Of a stretch of DNA of 64,000 nucleotides, positions 26,102-36,022 are shown piece by piece; within the stretch, counting starts at the first letter, position 1; each line of letters opens with the position of its first letter. Made by a program: the position numbers and the translations under genes. The notes under the pieces were generated by a model that was given only the letters and a program-made list of their open reading frames with translations, was not told the DNA's origin and made no database searches. Source of the DNA: Minisyncoccota bacterium (lineage in GTDB: Bacteria > Patescibacteriota > Minisyncoccia > Phycocordibacterales > UBA9973); the NCBI GenBank assembly GCA_035548655.1, contig DASZSN010000019.1:15245-79244 (forward strand), written 5' to 3'.

Positions 26102-28843
26102 TTATTGATATCGTTTCATGATTTCCGCCTCGACTTCTTCACGGGGGCGGCCATAGGTGAGGTACGAGAGCTCTTTTATCTTGTCCGCGATTTCGTTGTT
26201 GCCTTTTGGTGGGGGTGGAATGCGCAGGTTGAACGGCTTTGACGGAACACCGGCGACTAGGATCTTCGCATAGGCATTGAAATTTTCGAGTTTGGTGATG
26301 TCGCTTGCGGTAAAGGTAGGGGCGAGTTGCTTTTCGAACACGTCAGCGTTTTCGGGCGAGACACGATAGATAATCATGTTGCCGACGTTGCCAAACACCG
26401 CATCGCGAATGTTCTCTTGGAGCTGTTCGATGTATTGGTGCGCGACAGTAAGTGAGAGGCGATATTTGCGCGCCTCGGAGAGAATGGTGGCGATAGAATC
26501 AGTCGTGACGTTTTGAAATTCATCGATGTAGAGATAAAAGTCATTGACCTCACCCTTGCCGATGATGTCAACGCGAGAAAGCGCCGCCATCGTGAGCTTG
26601 CCGACAAGTACGAGCCCGATGAGCGCGGAGTTGATATCCCCGAGACGGCCTTTTGAAAGGTTGACGAGCAAAATTTTTCGATTGTCCATGATGTCGCGAA
26701 AGTTGAGCACGCTCTCCTGCTGTGCAATGACCGGACGCATGATCTCGTTTGAGATAAAGACGTCGAACTTGTTGGTGATATAGGGGACAAAGTTTGCAAG
26801 CGACTGTTCACCGGTGGTTTTCTCCGCGTTGCGCCAAAACTGGACGATCACCGGATTTTTGCATTTTGATAGTTTCATTTCGCGAAATGCTTTGTCGGAG
26901 AGGACGCGCCCGATCTCGAGGAGTGTGGAGCCGCTTTCGGGGTCTTCCATCACGAGTCCGGCGGAATTTCGAAAATATTGTTCAAACGCGGGACCGCCGG
27001 CGACTTTCATGTCAAAGAGTTTGTTGAAAATGGCGAGAAGTTCGTTGATGACAAATGTTTTTTGCTCGGGATAGTTCTGATTGTATTCGAGCATGTTCAG
27101 TCCCATCGGTCGCGCGGTGTAGGCGGGATCAAAATAAATGACATCATCGAGTCGCTCCGAGGGGATGTTGGCAAGAATGTCGTCGAGGTCGCTACCGTGC
27201 GGGTCGATAAAGCATACGCCGCGACCGGATTTGATGTCTTGGATCGCCATGTTTTTCATGATCGTCGTTTTGCCGGTACCGGTCTGTCCAATCACATAGC
27301 AGTGACGAACACGATCTTCTTTGCCCAGATAGACATCGGTCGTTTCTCCGCGATGCGTATTGGTGCCGAGAAAGATGCCTTCTTTTGCTTGTTCGATGAG
27401 CGTCTGACCAACCGAGCGCGGTGCGGGAGCGGTAGCGGCAGGAGACTCTTTGAGCTCCGGCGCAACAGTGAGTCCGATGGGGAAATGAAACATGGTGGCA
27501 AGCTCGGCGATGGTGAGCGGGAGTTGTTCGCTTTTGGTGATGGTACGAAAACTAAAGTCATGCGCGAGATCGTTGATACGAGAGGTTTTTACATCGTCCC
27601 ATGCAAGCGCGTTTGATCCGACGAGAGCAAACTGGTTGAAGGAGGATTTGATCGTCGAGAGGATACTCTGCGCGCGCGTGAGTGTCGCGGCGGTCGTGAT
27701 AATGCGAATCCCCGCGGAAAGTGTCGGGCTCTGATGTTTCTTTTTTGCAAGCTCGATACCACGGGTGTCCATTTTCTTCTTTTTTTCTTCTTCGGTTTCT
27801 TCTTTTTCCGATTTGAACAATGAGAGCAGTCCTTTGCCAAAACCTTTGAGAACCCCTTCTACCGCGTCTTCGTAGAGCTCTTTTATCGGACGACCGGTTT
27901 TTTCCGCCGCCTCGATGACCGAGAGGATGAGCTTGTTGCTGTTATCGATATCTCCGCTGATGGTGATTTGAATCGCCGCACCTTCGCCGGCGTGTTCGAG
28001 CTTTGAAAGAGAACCAATGAGTGCCACAAGGGGGTCGTGTTCAAATGTCTCGTCGGTTTGCAATGGAAAAATCGCCGGTTCGGAGAGCTTTGCAACACTC
28101 CCCGAAATGCCGCCGCCATCGGAGGAAAAAATGTTGTAATCATCTGTCGCTTCTTCGATGGTGGCGCCGGGGTAGTACGAGCGGACGAGCTTTTCAAACG
28201 TATCGACGTGCATTCTCGGCACTGATGCAAAAAGATTGATGTCACGACCTTGATTTTGGACCGCAAGTTCGAGTGTGTAGTACATACCCTCCTGCCATCC
28301 GGCCGTCGATGTCATTCCCATATAAAACTGCTTCATCGCTTGAATGAAGCGTTTGAATTCACTCGCTTCGTTTTGATCTTTTGAAAGCGGCGGAAGTGTC
28401 ACCGTAAAGAGTGAGTGATCAAGTTCGCGACCGAGCGGACTTTCTTGCTTGAGACCGGGAATCGCACCAATAGTGTGTAAATACTGGACGAGAAAGCGAT
28501 GAAAATCATCTTCGAGGTGCGGACTGCCGAGCTGGGAGGCGATGTCGAGTGCATTTTTGACGCCCTTTTCGAGCATGATGCCAAAGAGTTCTTCGATTTT
28601 TTTGTCGTGCGCTTCAGGTTTGAGACGAAGCACAATACGCTCGGCTTCGTGAGCGGGAAGTACTGCGGTGTCGTGGAGAAAATCCGCGGCTTCGGCTTTC
28701 GCATACTGATCGACTGCCTCACGAGCGGCTTGCGCCTGCGTCGTGTTTGGTCGTTCTTGAAGAATGTATCTCTTCTGCGCTTCTTTTGAGAGATGCGACA
28801 GTTCTTGCGATGGAGTAGAAAATTTTTCTCCTGGGGGGAGCAT
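26102..28843 (-). CDS. VirD4/TraD-like (HerA-FtsK superfamily) coupling ATPase
   Basis: Walker A GQTGTGKT, FIDPHG, Walker B LYIDEFQN, LSEARKYRL, AHQYIEQL, AVFGNVG. Confidence 0.9.
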   Translation of the reverse strand: MLPPGEKFSTPSQELSHLSKEAQKRYILQERPNTTQAQAAREAVDQYAKAEAADFLHDTAVLPAHEAERIVLRLKPEAHDKKIEELFGIMLEKGVKNALDIASQLGSPHLEDDFHRFLVQYLHTIGAIPGLKQESPLGRELDHSLFTVTLPPLSKDQNEASEFKRFIQAMKQFYMGMTSTAGWQEGMYYTLELAVQNQGRDINLFASVPRMHVDTFEKLVRSYYPGATIEEATDDYNIFSSDGGGISGSVAKLSEPAIFPLQTDETFEHDPLVALIGSLSKLEHAGEGAAIQITISGDIDNSNKLILSVIEAAEKTGRPIKELYEDAVEGVLKGFGKGLLSLFKSEKEETEEEKKKKMDTRGIELAKKKHQSPTLSAGIRIITTAATLTRAQSILSTIKSSFNQFALVGSNALAWDDVKTSRINDLAHDFSFRTITKSEQLPLTIAELATMFHFPIGLTVAPELKESPAATAPAPRSVGQTLIEQAKEGIFLGTNTHRGETTDVYLGKEDRVRHCYVIGQTGTGKTTIMKNMAIQDIKSGRGVCFIDPHGSDLDDILANIPSERLDDVIYFDPAYTARPMGLNMLEYNQNYPEQKTFVINELLAIFNKLFDMKVAGGPAFEQYFRNSAGLVMEDPESGSTLLEIGRVLSDKAFREMKLSKCKNPVIVQFWRNAEKTTGEQSLANFVPYITNKFDVFISNEIMRPVIAQQESVLNFRDIMDNRKILLVNLSKGRLGDINSALIGLVLVGKLTMAALSRVDIIGKGEVNDFYLYIDEFQNVTTDSIATILSEARKYRLSLTVAHQYIEQLQENIRDAVFGNVGNMIIYRVSPENADVFEKQLAPTFTASDITKLENFNAYAKILVAGVPSKPFNLRIPPPPKGNNEIADKIKELSYLTYGRPREEVEAEIMKRYQ

Positions 28844-28912
28844 TGGCTAATTATACTGTAGAAAATAAGATTGGGCTTGATTTAATGACTTTATTTAGGT
28901 AAAAGTAATGAT

Positions 28913-29434
28913 ATGTTAGGAAAACTTGTTGAACAGGAACTGCTTGGAAAAGTGAAGAAGGAGATTATGGAGTTTAATGGACTCCATGAAATCAAGACGT
29001 ACCAACCATACAAAACCGCCCTTCAATATGTAAAAAATCACCAGTACGGTGATCCAGAGAAACCGCATCGTTTTTTTCCGAAAAGTTTAATTGGAAAAAT
29101 AAAAGAAAATAAAGAACTTTTTTCAGGAAATGGGGAAGAAAAAATTGCATTTTATACCGCGATTGATTCAATCCTGGACCTCAAACATGGAGTTGACGCA
29201 TTTTTTGAATACAGAAAAAATGCAAAAGAGCCGGTGGTGCGGGTAACATTTGATGTCACGACAAATCCTAGTAAAGATCAGTACAAAGCCGAGGTTATTT
29301 TACTAATTCCATCTGAGGGACTTGATCCATCTGATACGGATTATGAAGATAGGATAGGGGACTACAGTCACCAAATAATTAGTGAGTTATTGACAAAGTT
29401 AGAAAAAAATGCAGAATATAGAAAAATTGACTAA
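28913..29434 (+). CDS. Hypothetical protein, possible PD-(D/E)xK fold
   Basis: FYTAIDSILDLKHGVDAFF...VTFDVTTNPSK. Confidence 0.65.
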   Translation: MLGKLVEQELLGKVKKEIMEFNGLHEIKTYQPYKTALQYVKNHQYGDPEKPHRFFPKSLIGKIKENKELFSGNGEEKIAFYTAIDSILDLKHGVDAFFEYRKNAKEPVVRVTFDVTTNPSKDQYKAEVILLIPSEGLDPSDTDYEDRIGDYSHQIISELLTKLEKNAEYRKID

Positions 29435-29436
29435 TC

Positions 29437-29721
29437 ATGAAAACAGTAACAAAAAATGAACTTCTGGGGACAGTGGTGACCGATAGTAAGACTGATCACG
29501 TACCCGATCTCGAACTGCTTAAAGAAAAGGAAAGTGAGACCGCTGTAATAAGTGCATTTTGCACGGAGTGCGGCACATATCATGAACTCGCCTTTCCAGA
29601 GGCAGAAAAAATATTTACCGAACTTCAACAACCGTTGGATTTTGAGAATAAATATCTTTTGTTTGGGTCCTGCTCAAATTGCAAAGGACCGAATACATCC
29701 ATTGAGCTGAAAGCTTTTTGA
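29437..29721 (+). CDS. Small Zn-binding hypothetical protein
   Basis: CTECG...CSNC; 2 nt after the previous stop. Confidence 0.65.
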   Translation: MKTVTKNELLGTVVTDSKTDHVPDLELLKEKESETAVISAFCTECGTYHELAFPEAEKIFTELQQPLDFENKYLLFGSCSNCKGPNTSIELKAF

Positions 29722-29812
29722 TTTATCCCGCCATTCGGCGGGGTTTTGTTATTCATTGCGAATGAATCATAAAGTTGCTACCCTATCAGTATTACCATAG
29801 CGCCATATCATT

Positions 29813-30889
29813 ATGATTCTGGAAGACTATAAAAAGAAGATTGAAGACGCAGAGGACGCAACAAAGCCGGCACCACAGCCGACACTCAAAGAGGTTCTTG
29901 CAAATAAGGACAAAAGTGTCTTGTTTGGCGATCTGTTGAAACGAGAAGGGGACACCGACCTTGCCGAGCGAGTCGCAAAAGGAGAACTCAAAGAAGACGA
30001 CATCGCGGCACTTGAAGAGAAGCGCGGCATGTTTGGCAAAGCGATGCAAGAAGCCGAGGTGGTAAAGAGCCTCACCACTCCCGAAGCAGTCAAAGACTTT
30101 GCTCGAAACAACCCCGAATTTGAAAAAATCCTCAACCTCGTCGGACCGGAATCCGCTTCAAAAATCTTTCAAAAGAAAATCGAAGAGATTTCTATCAACG
30201 ATCCTGATCGATTTATGGACCTCTCGAACAGGATGAAAGCAATGCAAAGCTTCAAGAACGGTCAGTTTGCCGATCTCAACAATGAGGTCAGGGATCTCTG
30301 TCTAAAACGAGGTATTGGTGAGAAGCGTTATGCCGCCGCACTTGCAATCGAGGATCCGCGCGAACGAATGAAGGCGATTCACAAAGTGGTCACAGAAAAC
30401 TGGAGCGGTTGGAAAAAAGCGGCAGATTTCTTTACTCTTGGTAGTTGGTCAAGAAAACGCGCCCGCTTCATGGAAATGAAAAAAGACGATATCGATGCGA
30501 CACTTGTACAACTACGACTTCATCAAAACAACGTGGGGGCGATGCTCGCGGGTACGGTTGACGGGAACGAGGAGATGAGAAAGATGTTTGCCGCAGAACT
30601 CACCGCAGGCAAAATCAAAGGGGAACCGAAACTTAGCTTTAAGGACATGAAACAGGAGTTGGAATCACCGGAGAATTACACTGACTTGTGGACAAAACAC
30701 AAGAAAGACAAACTTAAAAATTGGGATACTCTTTCTGATGATAACAAACAAAAAGCTGTCGACAAGTTTATCGGAGAGGCGATTCAAAAATTACTCCAAA
30801 AGTATAAAGGAAAAGAGGGTTCATGGGCACAGTTAATGAAAATAATGATGATGGCCATGATAAAAGGCAATAGAAATAAGTATAATTAA
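29813..30889 (+). CDS. Helical, charged hypothetical protein
   Basis: 358-aa ORF. Confidence 0.75.
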   Translation: MILEDYKKKIEDAEDATKPAPQPTLKEVLANKDKSVLFGDLLKREGDTDLAERVAKGELKEDDIAALEEKRGMFGKAMQEAEVVKSLTTPEAVKDFARNNPEFEKILNLVGPESASKIFQKKIEEISINDPDRFMDLSNRMKAMQSFKNGQFADLNNEVRDLCLKRGIGEKRYAAALAIEDPRERMKAIHKVVTENWSGWKKAADFFTLGSWSRKRARFMEMKKDDIDATLVQLRLHQNNVGAMLAGTVDGNEEMRKMFAAELTAGKIKGEPKLSFKDMKQELESPENYTDLWTKHKKDKLKNWDTLSDDNKQKAVDKFIGEAIQKLLQKYKGKEGSWAQLMKIMMMAMIKGNRNKYN

Positions 30890-30894
30890 CCCAT

Positions 30895-31179
30895 ATGACA
30901 GCAACTGAACTATACAATCAATTTAAAGCGTTCGTCGATGCAGGGGATGAGAAAGGGGCGCGAGCGTTTCTCGCTGAACATATCAATGAATTTCCGGAGG
31001 ATATCCGCGACAACATCGCGTTTGCATTTTTTGAAGAGGCGGTACAAAACGATACTGAAGGAATCGTCGAAAACGCTCAGATACAACAAGAAGGCGCACA
31101 CTTACTCGAAGAGCTCGACAAAGTGGAAGCGATGCTCGAGGATGCCAAGAAGGCCACAGAAATAAAAGATACTATGTAA
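30895..31179 (+). CDS. Small acidic hypothetical protein
   Basis: Coupled to the upstream ORF; terminator 31181-31205. Confidence 0.7.
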   Translation: MTATELYNQFKAFVDAGDEKGARAFLAEHINEFPEDIRDNIAFAFFEEAVQNDTEGIVENAQIQQEGAHLLEELDKVEAMLEDAKKATEIKDTM

Positions 31180-31220
31180 TCAAAACCCCCGCGTGCGGGG
31201 GTTTTGCTATACTTTTTCAT

Positions 31221-31571
31221 ATGGAAAACGAACCGGCAACAACAAAACAGGAAGTGGATGTGGAGACGACTGATTCGAGAGAACACATGACGGTATCACC
31301 TCAAGGAACGTTGGTGGTAGAAAAAGAGAACCGAACCGCTCTCATGGCGCAATATAGGGATATTAAAAAAGACATCGAAGCAATAAAAAAAGTGCAACTT
31401 ATGAAAAACCACTACGGGGTTCGAAAAGACAGTCTCCCTGTTGAACTTTCGAAGTATGCAGATATCCCCCTTGAAGAAAAGATGGACCAAGAGAGAATAA
31501 TCAAAAAGAAGTTGAAACATATTCCAAAAAGGAATCTCTTGAAACGACTGGCGCTCTTTTTGCATCTCTAA
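31221..31571 (+). CDS. Hypothetical protein
   Basis: TATACT 7 nt before ATG. Confidence 0.6.
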   Translation: MENEPATTKQEVDVETTDSREHMTVSPQGTLVVEKENRTALMAQYRDIKKDIEAIKKVQLMKNHYGVRKDSLPVELSKYADIPLEEKMDQERIIKKKLKHIPKRNLLKRLALFLHL

Positions 31572-33089
31572 TTAGCGGGCGTAATCGGTGATACGAGTTT
31601 CTCGGATGATCGTCACTTTTATTTGTCCGGGGTAGCGGAGTTCTTGTTCGATGTTTATCGCGATGTTGCGCGCAAGAGTGCGTGCTTCAAAGTCGGAAAT
31701 CGCTTCCGGCTGAACAAAGATGCGGATCTCGCGACCGGCTTGGAGCGCGTACGCTTTTTCAACGCCGGAAAATCGTCCCGCGAGTCCTTCGAGTTCTTTG
31801 AGTCGTTTGAGATACGCTTCCGCGGTGTCGCGGCGCGCGCCGGGGCGCGCGCCGCTTATCATGTCCGCAGTTTGCACAATCACCGCTTCGAGGGATTCGT
31901 GCGGGCAGTCGTCGTGGTGGCTTTTCATCGCGGTGATGACGCGCTCGTCAGTGCCAAATCGTCGGAGAACTTTGACGCCGATGTCGATGTGCGTTCCTTC
32001 AAACTCGTGGTCAAGCGCTTTGCCGATGTCGTGAACGAGCGCTCCCGCTTTTGCAATGTAGCTGTCCGCGCCAACTTCATCTGCAATCATGCCGGCGAGA
32101 TGCGCCATCTCGATTGAATGTTGCAAGACGTTTTGTCCATAGCTCGTGCGGAAGTGAAGTCGTCCGAGGATGCTGATGAGCTTCGGATCAAAGGTAAAGA
32201 TGCCGCATTCGTAGACCGCCGCGGCGCCTTTTTCTTTGATGATTTCGTTAATCGCCTCGCGCGCTTTCTCTATTTCTTCTTCGATTTTTGCCGGTTGGAT
32301 GCGACCGTCTTTGATGAGCGCTTCGAGCGCATGCACCGCGATCGCACGACGCACCGGATCAAAACATGACACGACGATCGCACCGGGCGTCTCATCGATG
32401 AGCAGTTCGACACCGGCGAGCCGCTCAAAAGTGCGGATATTGCGCCCTTCTTTCCCGATGATTTTCCCTTTGACATCATCCTCGATGGAGACCGTCGCGG
32501 TGGTGAGCTCGTTTGCGGTGGGCACCGAGAGTCGTTGGATGACGGACGTGATGATGTCTTTTGCGCGATCATGAAGTGTCTCTTCAAGTTGGGTATCGAG
32601 CTTGTAGCGACGCACTTGGAGATCCTGTGCATATGCTTCTTCGGCCATTTTTATGAGCGCGGCGCGCGCGTCCTGGAGGTCATATCCGGATATTTCTTCG
32701 AGAAGCGCTTGCCGTTTGAGGAGGAGATCCTCGGCTTCTTTTTGATCACTGAGGAGCTTTTCCGTTTTTTCATCGAGGACACTCGCTCGCTCATCGAGTT
32801 CGCGACCGCGCTCGAGGGTGAGCTCTTCGCGTTTGAGGATGCGCTCCTCGAGTGATTTGAAATTTTCTTCTTTTTCCTTTTCTGCAGTGCGCATGTCCGC
32901 GATGAGCTGTTCGGATTTTTCGTTTGCTTCGTCGATAATCTTCTGCGCCTGCTGTTTCGCGTGCATCAACCGCTCGGCAACGGTCTGTTCGAGGTTGTTC
33001 TTGCGCAAGATGAAAAGCACCGCTCGGATGCTATAGCCCAAGAGCGCGCCGCCGACCAGCATGGCAAAGGCGACAAATGTCTGCGACAT
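31572..33089 (-). CDS. rny: Ribonuclease Y
   Basis: N-terminal TM, coiled coil, KH (KGKIIGKEGRNIR), HD (RTSYGQNVLQHS, HDIGKA), SGARPGARR, QAGREIR. Confidence 0.97.
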   Translation of the reverse strand: MSQTFVAFAMLVGGALLGYSIRAVLFILRKNNLEQTVAERLMHAKQQAQKIIDEANEKSEQLIADMRTAEKEKEENFKSLEERILKREELTLERGRELDERASVLDEKTEKLLSDQKEAEDLLLKRQALLEEISGYDLQDARAALIKMAEEAYAQDLQVRRYKLDTQLEETLHDRAKDIITSVIQRLSVPTANELTTATVSIEDDVKGKIIGKEGRNIRTFERLAGVELLIDETPGAIVVSCFDPVRRAIAVHALEALIKDGRIQPAKIEEEIEKAREAINEIIKEKGAAAVYECGIFTFDPKLISILGRLHFRTSYGQNVLQHSIEMAHLAGMIADEVGADSYIAKAGALVHDIGKALDHEFEGTHIDIGVKVLRRFGTDERVITAMKSHHDDCPHESLEAVIVQTADMISGARPGARRDTAEAYLKRLKELEGLAGRFSGVEKAYALQAGREIRIFVQPEAISDFEARTLARNIAINIEQELRYPGQIKVTIIRETRITDYAR

Positions 33090-33092
33090 TTT

Positions 33093-33689
33093 TTAACTCG
33101 TTGAAACTGGTTTGGTAATGATCGCGTCGATGATGCCGTACTTCTTTGCTTCGTCTGCACTCATAAAGAAATCTCGTTCGACGTCTGCCTCGATTTGTGA
33201 AAGTTTTTGTCCGGTATTTTTTGCAAGCAGTTCGTTGAGGCGCTGACGAATCTTGAGGATATGTTTTGCGGTGATTTCGATATCGGTTGCCTGCCCTTCA
33301 ACGCCGCCGCTTGGCTGGTGAATCATCACTTCTGAATTGGGAAGCGTGTATCGTTTTCCTTTCGTACCGCCGGAGAGCAGGAACGCCCCCATCGACGCGG
33401 CCACGCCGACACAAATCGTCTGCACGTCCGGTTTTACAAACTGCATCGTGTCATAGATCGCAAGCCCCGCGGTCACTGATCCGCCGGGGGAGTTGATGTA
33501 GAGCTGAATATCTTTTTTCGGATCTTCGTTGGCGAGGAAGAGCAACTGCGCGATGACGATATTTGCAACGTGATCGTCGATTACTCCGCCGAGAAAGATG
33601 ATGCGCTCTTTTAAGAGGCGCGAATAAATATCATAGGCGCGTTCGCCCATGTTCGTTTTTTCAATAACAGTGGGAATCAATATAGACAT
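33093..33689 (-). CDS. clpP: ATP-dependent Clp protease proteolytic subunit
   Basis: [42 protein letters not shown]. Confidence 0.98.
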   Translation of the reverse strand: MSILIPTVIEKTNMGERAYDIYSRLLKERIIFLGGVIDDHVANIVIAQLLFLANEDPKKDIQLYINSPGGSVTAGLAIYDTMQFVKPDVQTICVGVAASMGAFLLSGGTKGKRYTLPNSEVMIHQPSGGVEGQATDIEITAKHILKIRQRLNELLAKNTGQKLSQIEADVERDFFMSADEAKKYGIIDAIITKPVSTS

Positions 33690-33917
33690 AGATGGTTAAT
33701 CACCGATAATCAAACTCTCCCGCCCGCGTTGCAATGCATCGCGGATAAGTAGCAATCACGTGGAGAGGGATCAGGGTTCAAAAATTAAATCAAATAAAAA
33801 AGGGGAAGGCGGATGTGACAGTCATTCAGTACTAGACAACTATACGATGAAACTGTGGAAAAGTAAAAATACTTTGACTTAATTGGAAAATATTGTATAG
33901 TCAGAAAAAATACCGTT

Positions 33918-34217
33918 ATGTACTATTATATTTCAACCAAAAACGTTTATGAGCAGGCATCCATTCCTGAACGGATCAAAAGGGCGTTATTAAAGGATGG
34001 GATAAACAGGGTGCTCGTACACGCAAAAAAGTTGGGGAGTGGTGATGTAGTTTTTTCCGCAGAAGATATACTGCGGAGCATCTCATTGTTGTTTGTGCCG
34101 CTTTCACGAAAGAAGATTTTTTCTGAATTGTTGCAAATAAACAAAGACAAGGAGGTGCGCTTTTCGGAAGGAACAACCTGCACCCCCGCTTTCCCGTGCG
34201 AAGATCTTATTGATTAA
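33918..34217 (+). CDS. Hypothetical protein (AT-rich ORFan)
   Basis: TTGACT-16-TATAGT promoter upstream; 99 aa. Confidence 0.5.
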   Translation: MYYYISTKNVYEQASIPERIKRALLKDGINRVLVHAKKLGSGDVVFSAEDILRSISLLFVPLSRKKIFSELLQINKDKEVRFSEGTTCTPAFPCEDLID

Positions 34218-34290
34218 CTGAGTTGCTATTTCAGAAATGAAATAGCAATTTTCTTTTTTTATTTTATTTTTTTCGTTATACTTTTTTTGC

Positions 34291-35805
34291 ATGTCATTTT
34301 CTCGAATACAAAGCGCGCAACAGACCGGTCTTCACGCGACCGGTGTTTTAGTTGAAACGGATATCTCACGCGGGTTGTATATGTTTCAAATCGTCGGACT
34401 TCCCGACAAAGCGGTCGAGGAATCTCGCGAACGCGTAGTGAGTGCACTGCGCAATTCGCTTGGAAAAAATCCAAAAAGTGAAAATCAAAAAGTCATCGTG
34501 TCGCTCTCGCCCGCGGAACTCAAAAAAGAGGGTGCGTACTTTGATCTCGCGATTGCGATCGGATACCTTGTCGCTACCGAAACGCTCAAAGATATCGATC
34601 TCTCTGGCAAAGCGTTTGTGGGGGAGCTTGCGTTAAACGGCGAGGTGCGTCCGGTGCGCGGACTTCTCTCAATCGCTGGGTGGGCGCGGGAAGCGGGCAT
34701 TCGGGAGCTCTATATCCCGAAGGGAAACGCGACCGAGGCATCGCTCATCGATGGGATCACATGTTATCTGGTGCCGACACTTACTGACCTCGTTTCACAT
34801 TTGAACGGAGCGGAAGAACACGACATCACGCGTGCGCAGTACCAATCCGCGCGACATGAACAACAAAGGACCGACAGCGATTTTGGTGATGTCCGCGGAC
34901 AAGAAAACGCCAAGCGTGCCCTTCTCATTGCCGCGGCGGGAGGACACAACATCGCGCTTGTTGGACCGCCCGGAACCGGAAAAACGATGCTTGCAAAAGC
35001 GTTTCACTCCGTACTTCCCGAACTCTCCAACGATCAGTTTCTCGAAGTGGCGACAATTTACTCTTCGATCGGCCTTGTCGATGATGTGTTGCATGGACGT
35101 GCACCGCTTCGCGCTCCGCACCACAGCGCATCCCACGTCGCCATCATCGGCGGCGGACAAACCATCCGCCCGGGTGATATCACGCTCGCGCATCATGGCG
35201 TACTTTATATGGATGAATTTCCGGAATTCGATCGGCGCGTCATCGAAGCACTTCGCGAACCACTCGAGGAGGGGAGTATCACGGTTGCACGCGCCAAAGG
35301 CTCTGCGCGCTTTCCCGCGCGATTCATCCTGCTTGCCGCGATGAATCCATGTCCGTGCGGTTACTACAACACGACTGTCCGCGCATGCACGTGCACGGCC
35401 GCCGATATCGCACGCTACAAGAAAAAGCTCTCCGGACCCATCATCGATCGCATCGATCTGTGGATTCCGGTCGCGCACGTCGAGTACGAAACGTTGCATG
35501 GAAAAAACAACGAAACAGAAAGTGGACGGATGAGAGAGATGATTTCAGCGACGCGCGCCGTCCAACAACATCGTTTCAAAAAGTTAAACAGCATGCTGTC
35601 ATCAAATGAAGTGCAGGAGCATAGTGGCATCACCGCTGATGCGAAGACGCATCTGCAAACGTATGCGGAAAAGTTGCGCCTCTCTCCACGATCATATCTG
35701 CGCACCATCAAAGTCGGCCGCACGATCGCCGATCTTGAAGGAAGTGAGACAATAGAAGTGCCGCACATTCTCGAAGCGCTTCAATATCGACCGAGAGTTG
35801 ACTAA
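34291..35805 (+). CDS. comM: ComM/YifB Mg-chelatase-like AAA+ ATPase
   Basis: IVGLPDKAVEESRERV, GELALNG, GPPGTGKTMLA, RAPHHSAS, LAHHGVLYMDEFPEF, AAMNPCPCG. Confidence 0.96.
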   Translation: MSFSRIQSAQQTGLHATGVLVETDISRGLYMFQIVGLPDKAVEESRERVVSALRNSLGKNPKSENQKVIVSLSPAELKKEGAYFDLAIAIGYLVATETLKDIDLSGKAFVGELALNGEVRPVRGLLSIAGWAREAGIRELYIPKGNATEASLIDGITCYLVPTLTDLVSHLNGAEEHDITRAQYQSARHEQQRTDSDFGDVRGQENAKRALLIAAAGGHNIALVGPPGTGKTMLAKAFHSVLPELSNDQFLEVATIYSSIGLVDDVLHGRAPLRAPHHSASHVAIIGGGQTIRPGDITLAHHGVLYMDEFPEFDRRVIEALREPLEEGSITVARAKGSARFPARFILLAAMNPCPCGYYNTTVRACTCTAADIARYKKKLSGPIIDRIDLWIPVAHVEYETLHGKNNETESGRMREMISATRAVQQHRFKKLNSMLSSNEVQEHSGITADAKTHLQTYAEKLRLSPRSYLRTIKVGRTIADLEGSETIEVPHILEALQYRPRVD

Positions 35806-35989
35806 AAACTAAAATTTCAAAACTAACTATCAGGCAAGAAAAAGATGGCTTGAAAAAAGTTTCACAAGAGCGAGATTTAAAACTGGTGCTTCATGTGAAG
35901 ACATTGAGTGAGTACGAGAGGAGAAGGAATATGATCGTGGAACGACCAGGAATGTCTAAGGCCAGTGAATTGTGATAAAATGAGAGTAC

Positions 35990-36022
35990 GGCTCGCCACA
36001 ATTGGGTGGCGGGTCTTCTTTT
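35990..36022 (+). other. Hairpin plus U-tract abutting the DUF3800 stop: terminator or small RNA
   Basis: GGCTCGCCAC-AATTGG-GTGGCGGGTC-TTCTTTT, preceded by TGATAAAAT (35973-35981). Confidence 0.55.

Noticed and set aside
35887-35902. Additional parS (TGCTTCATGTGAAGAC)
   Set aside because: Too many mismatches in the conserved GTT/AAC arms; isolated
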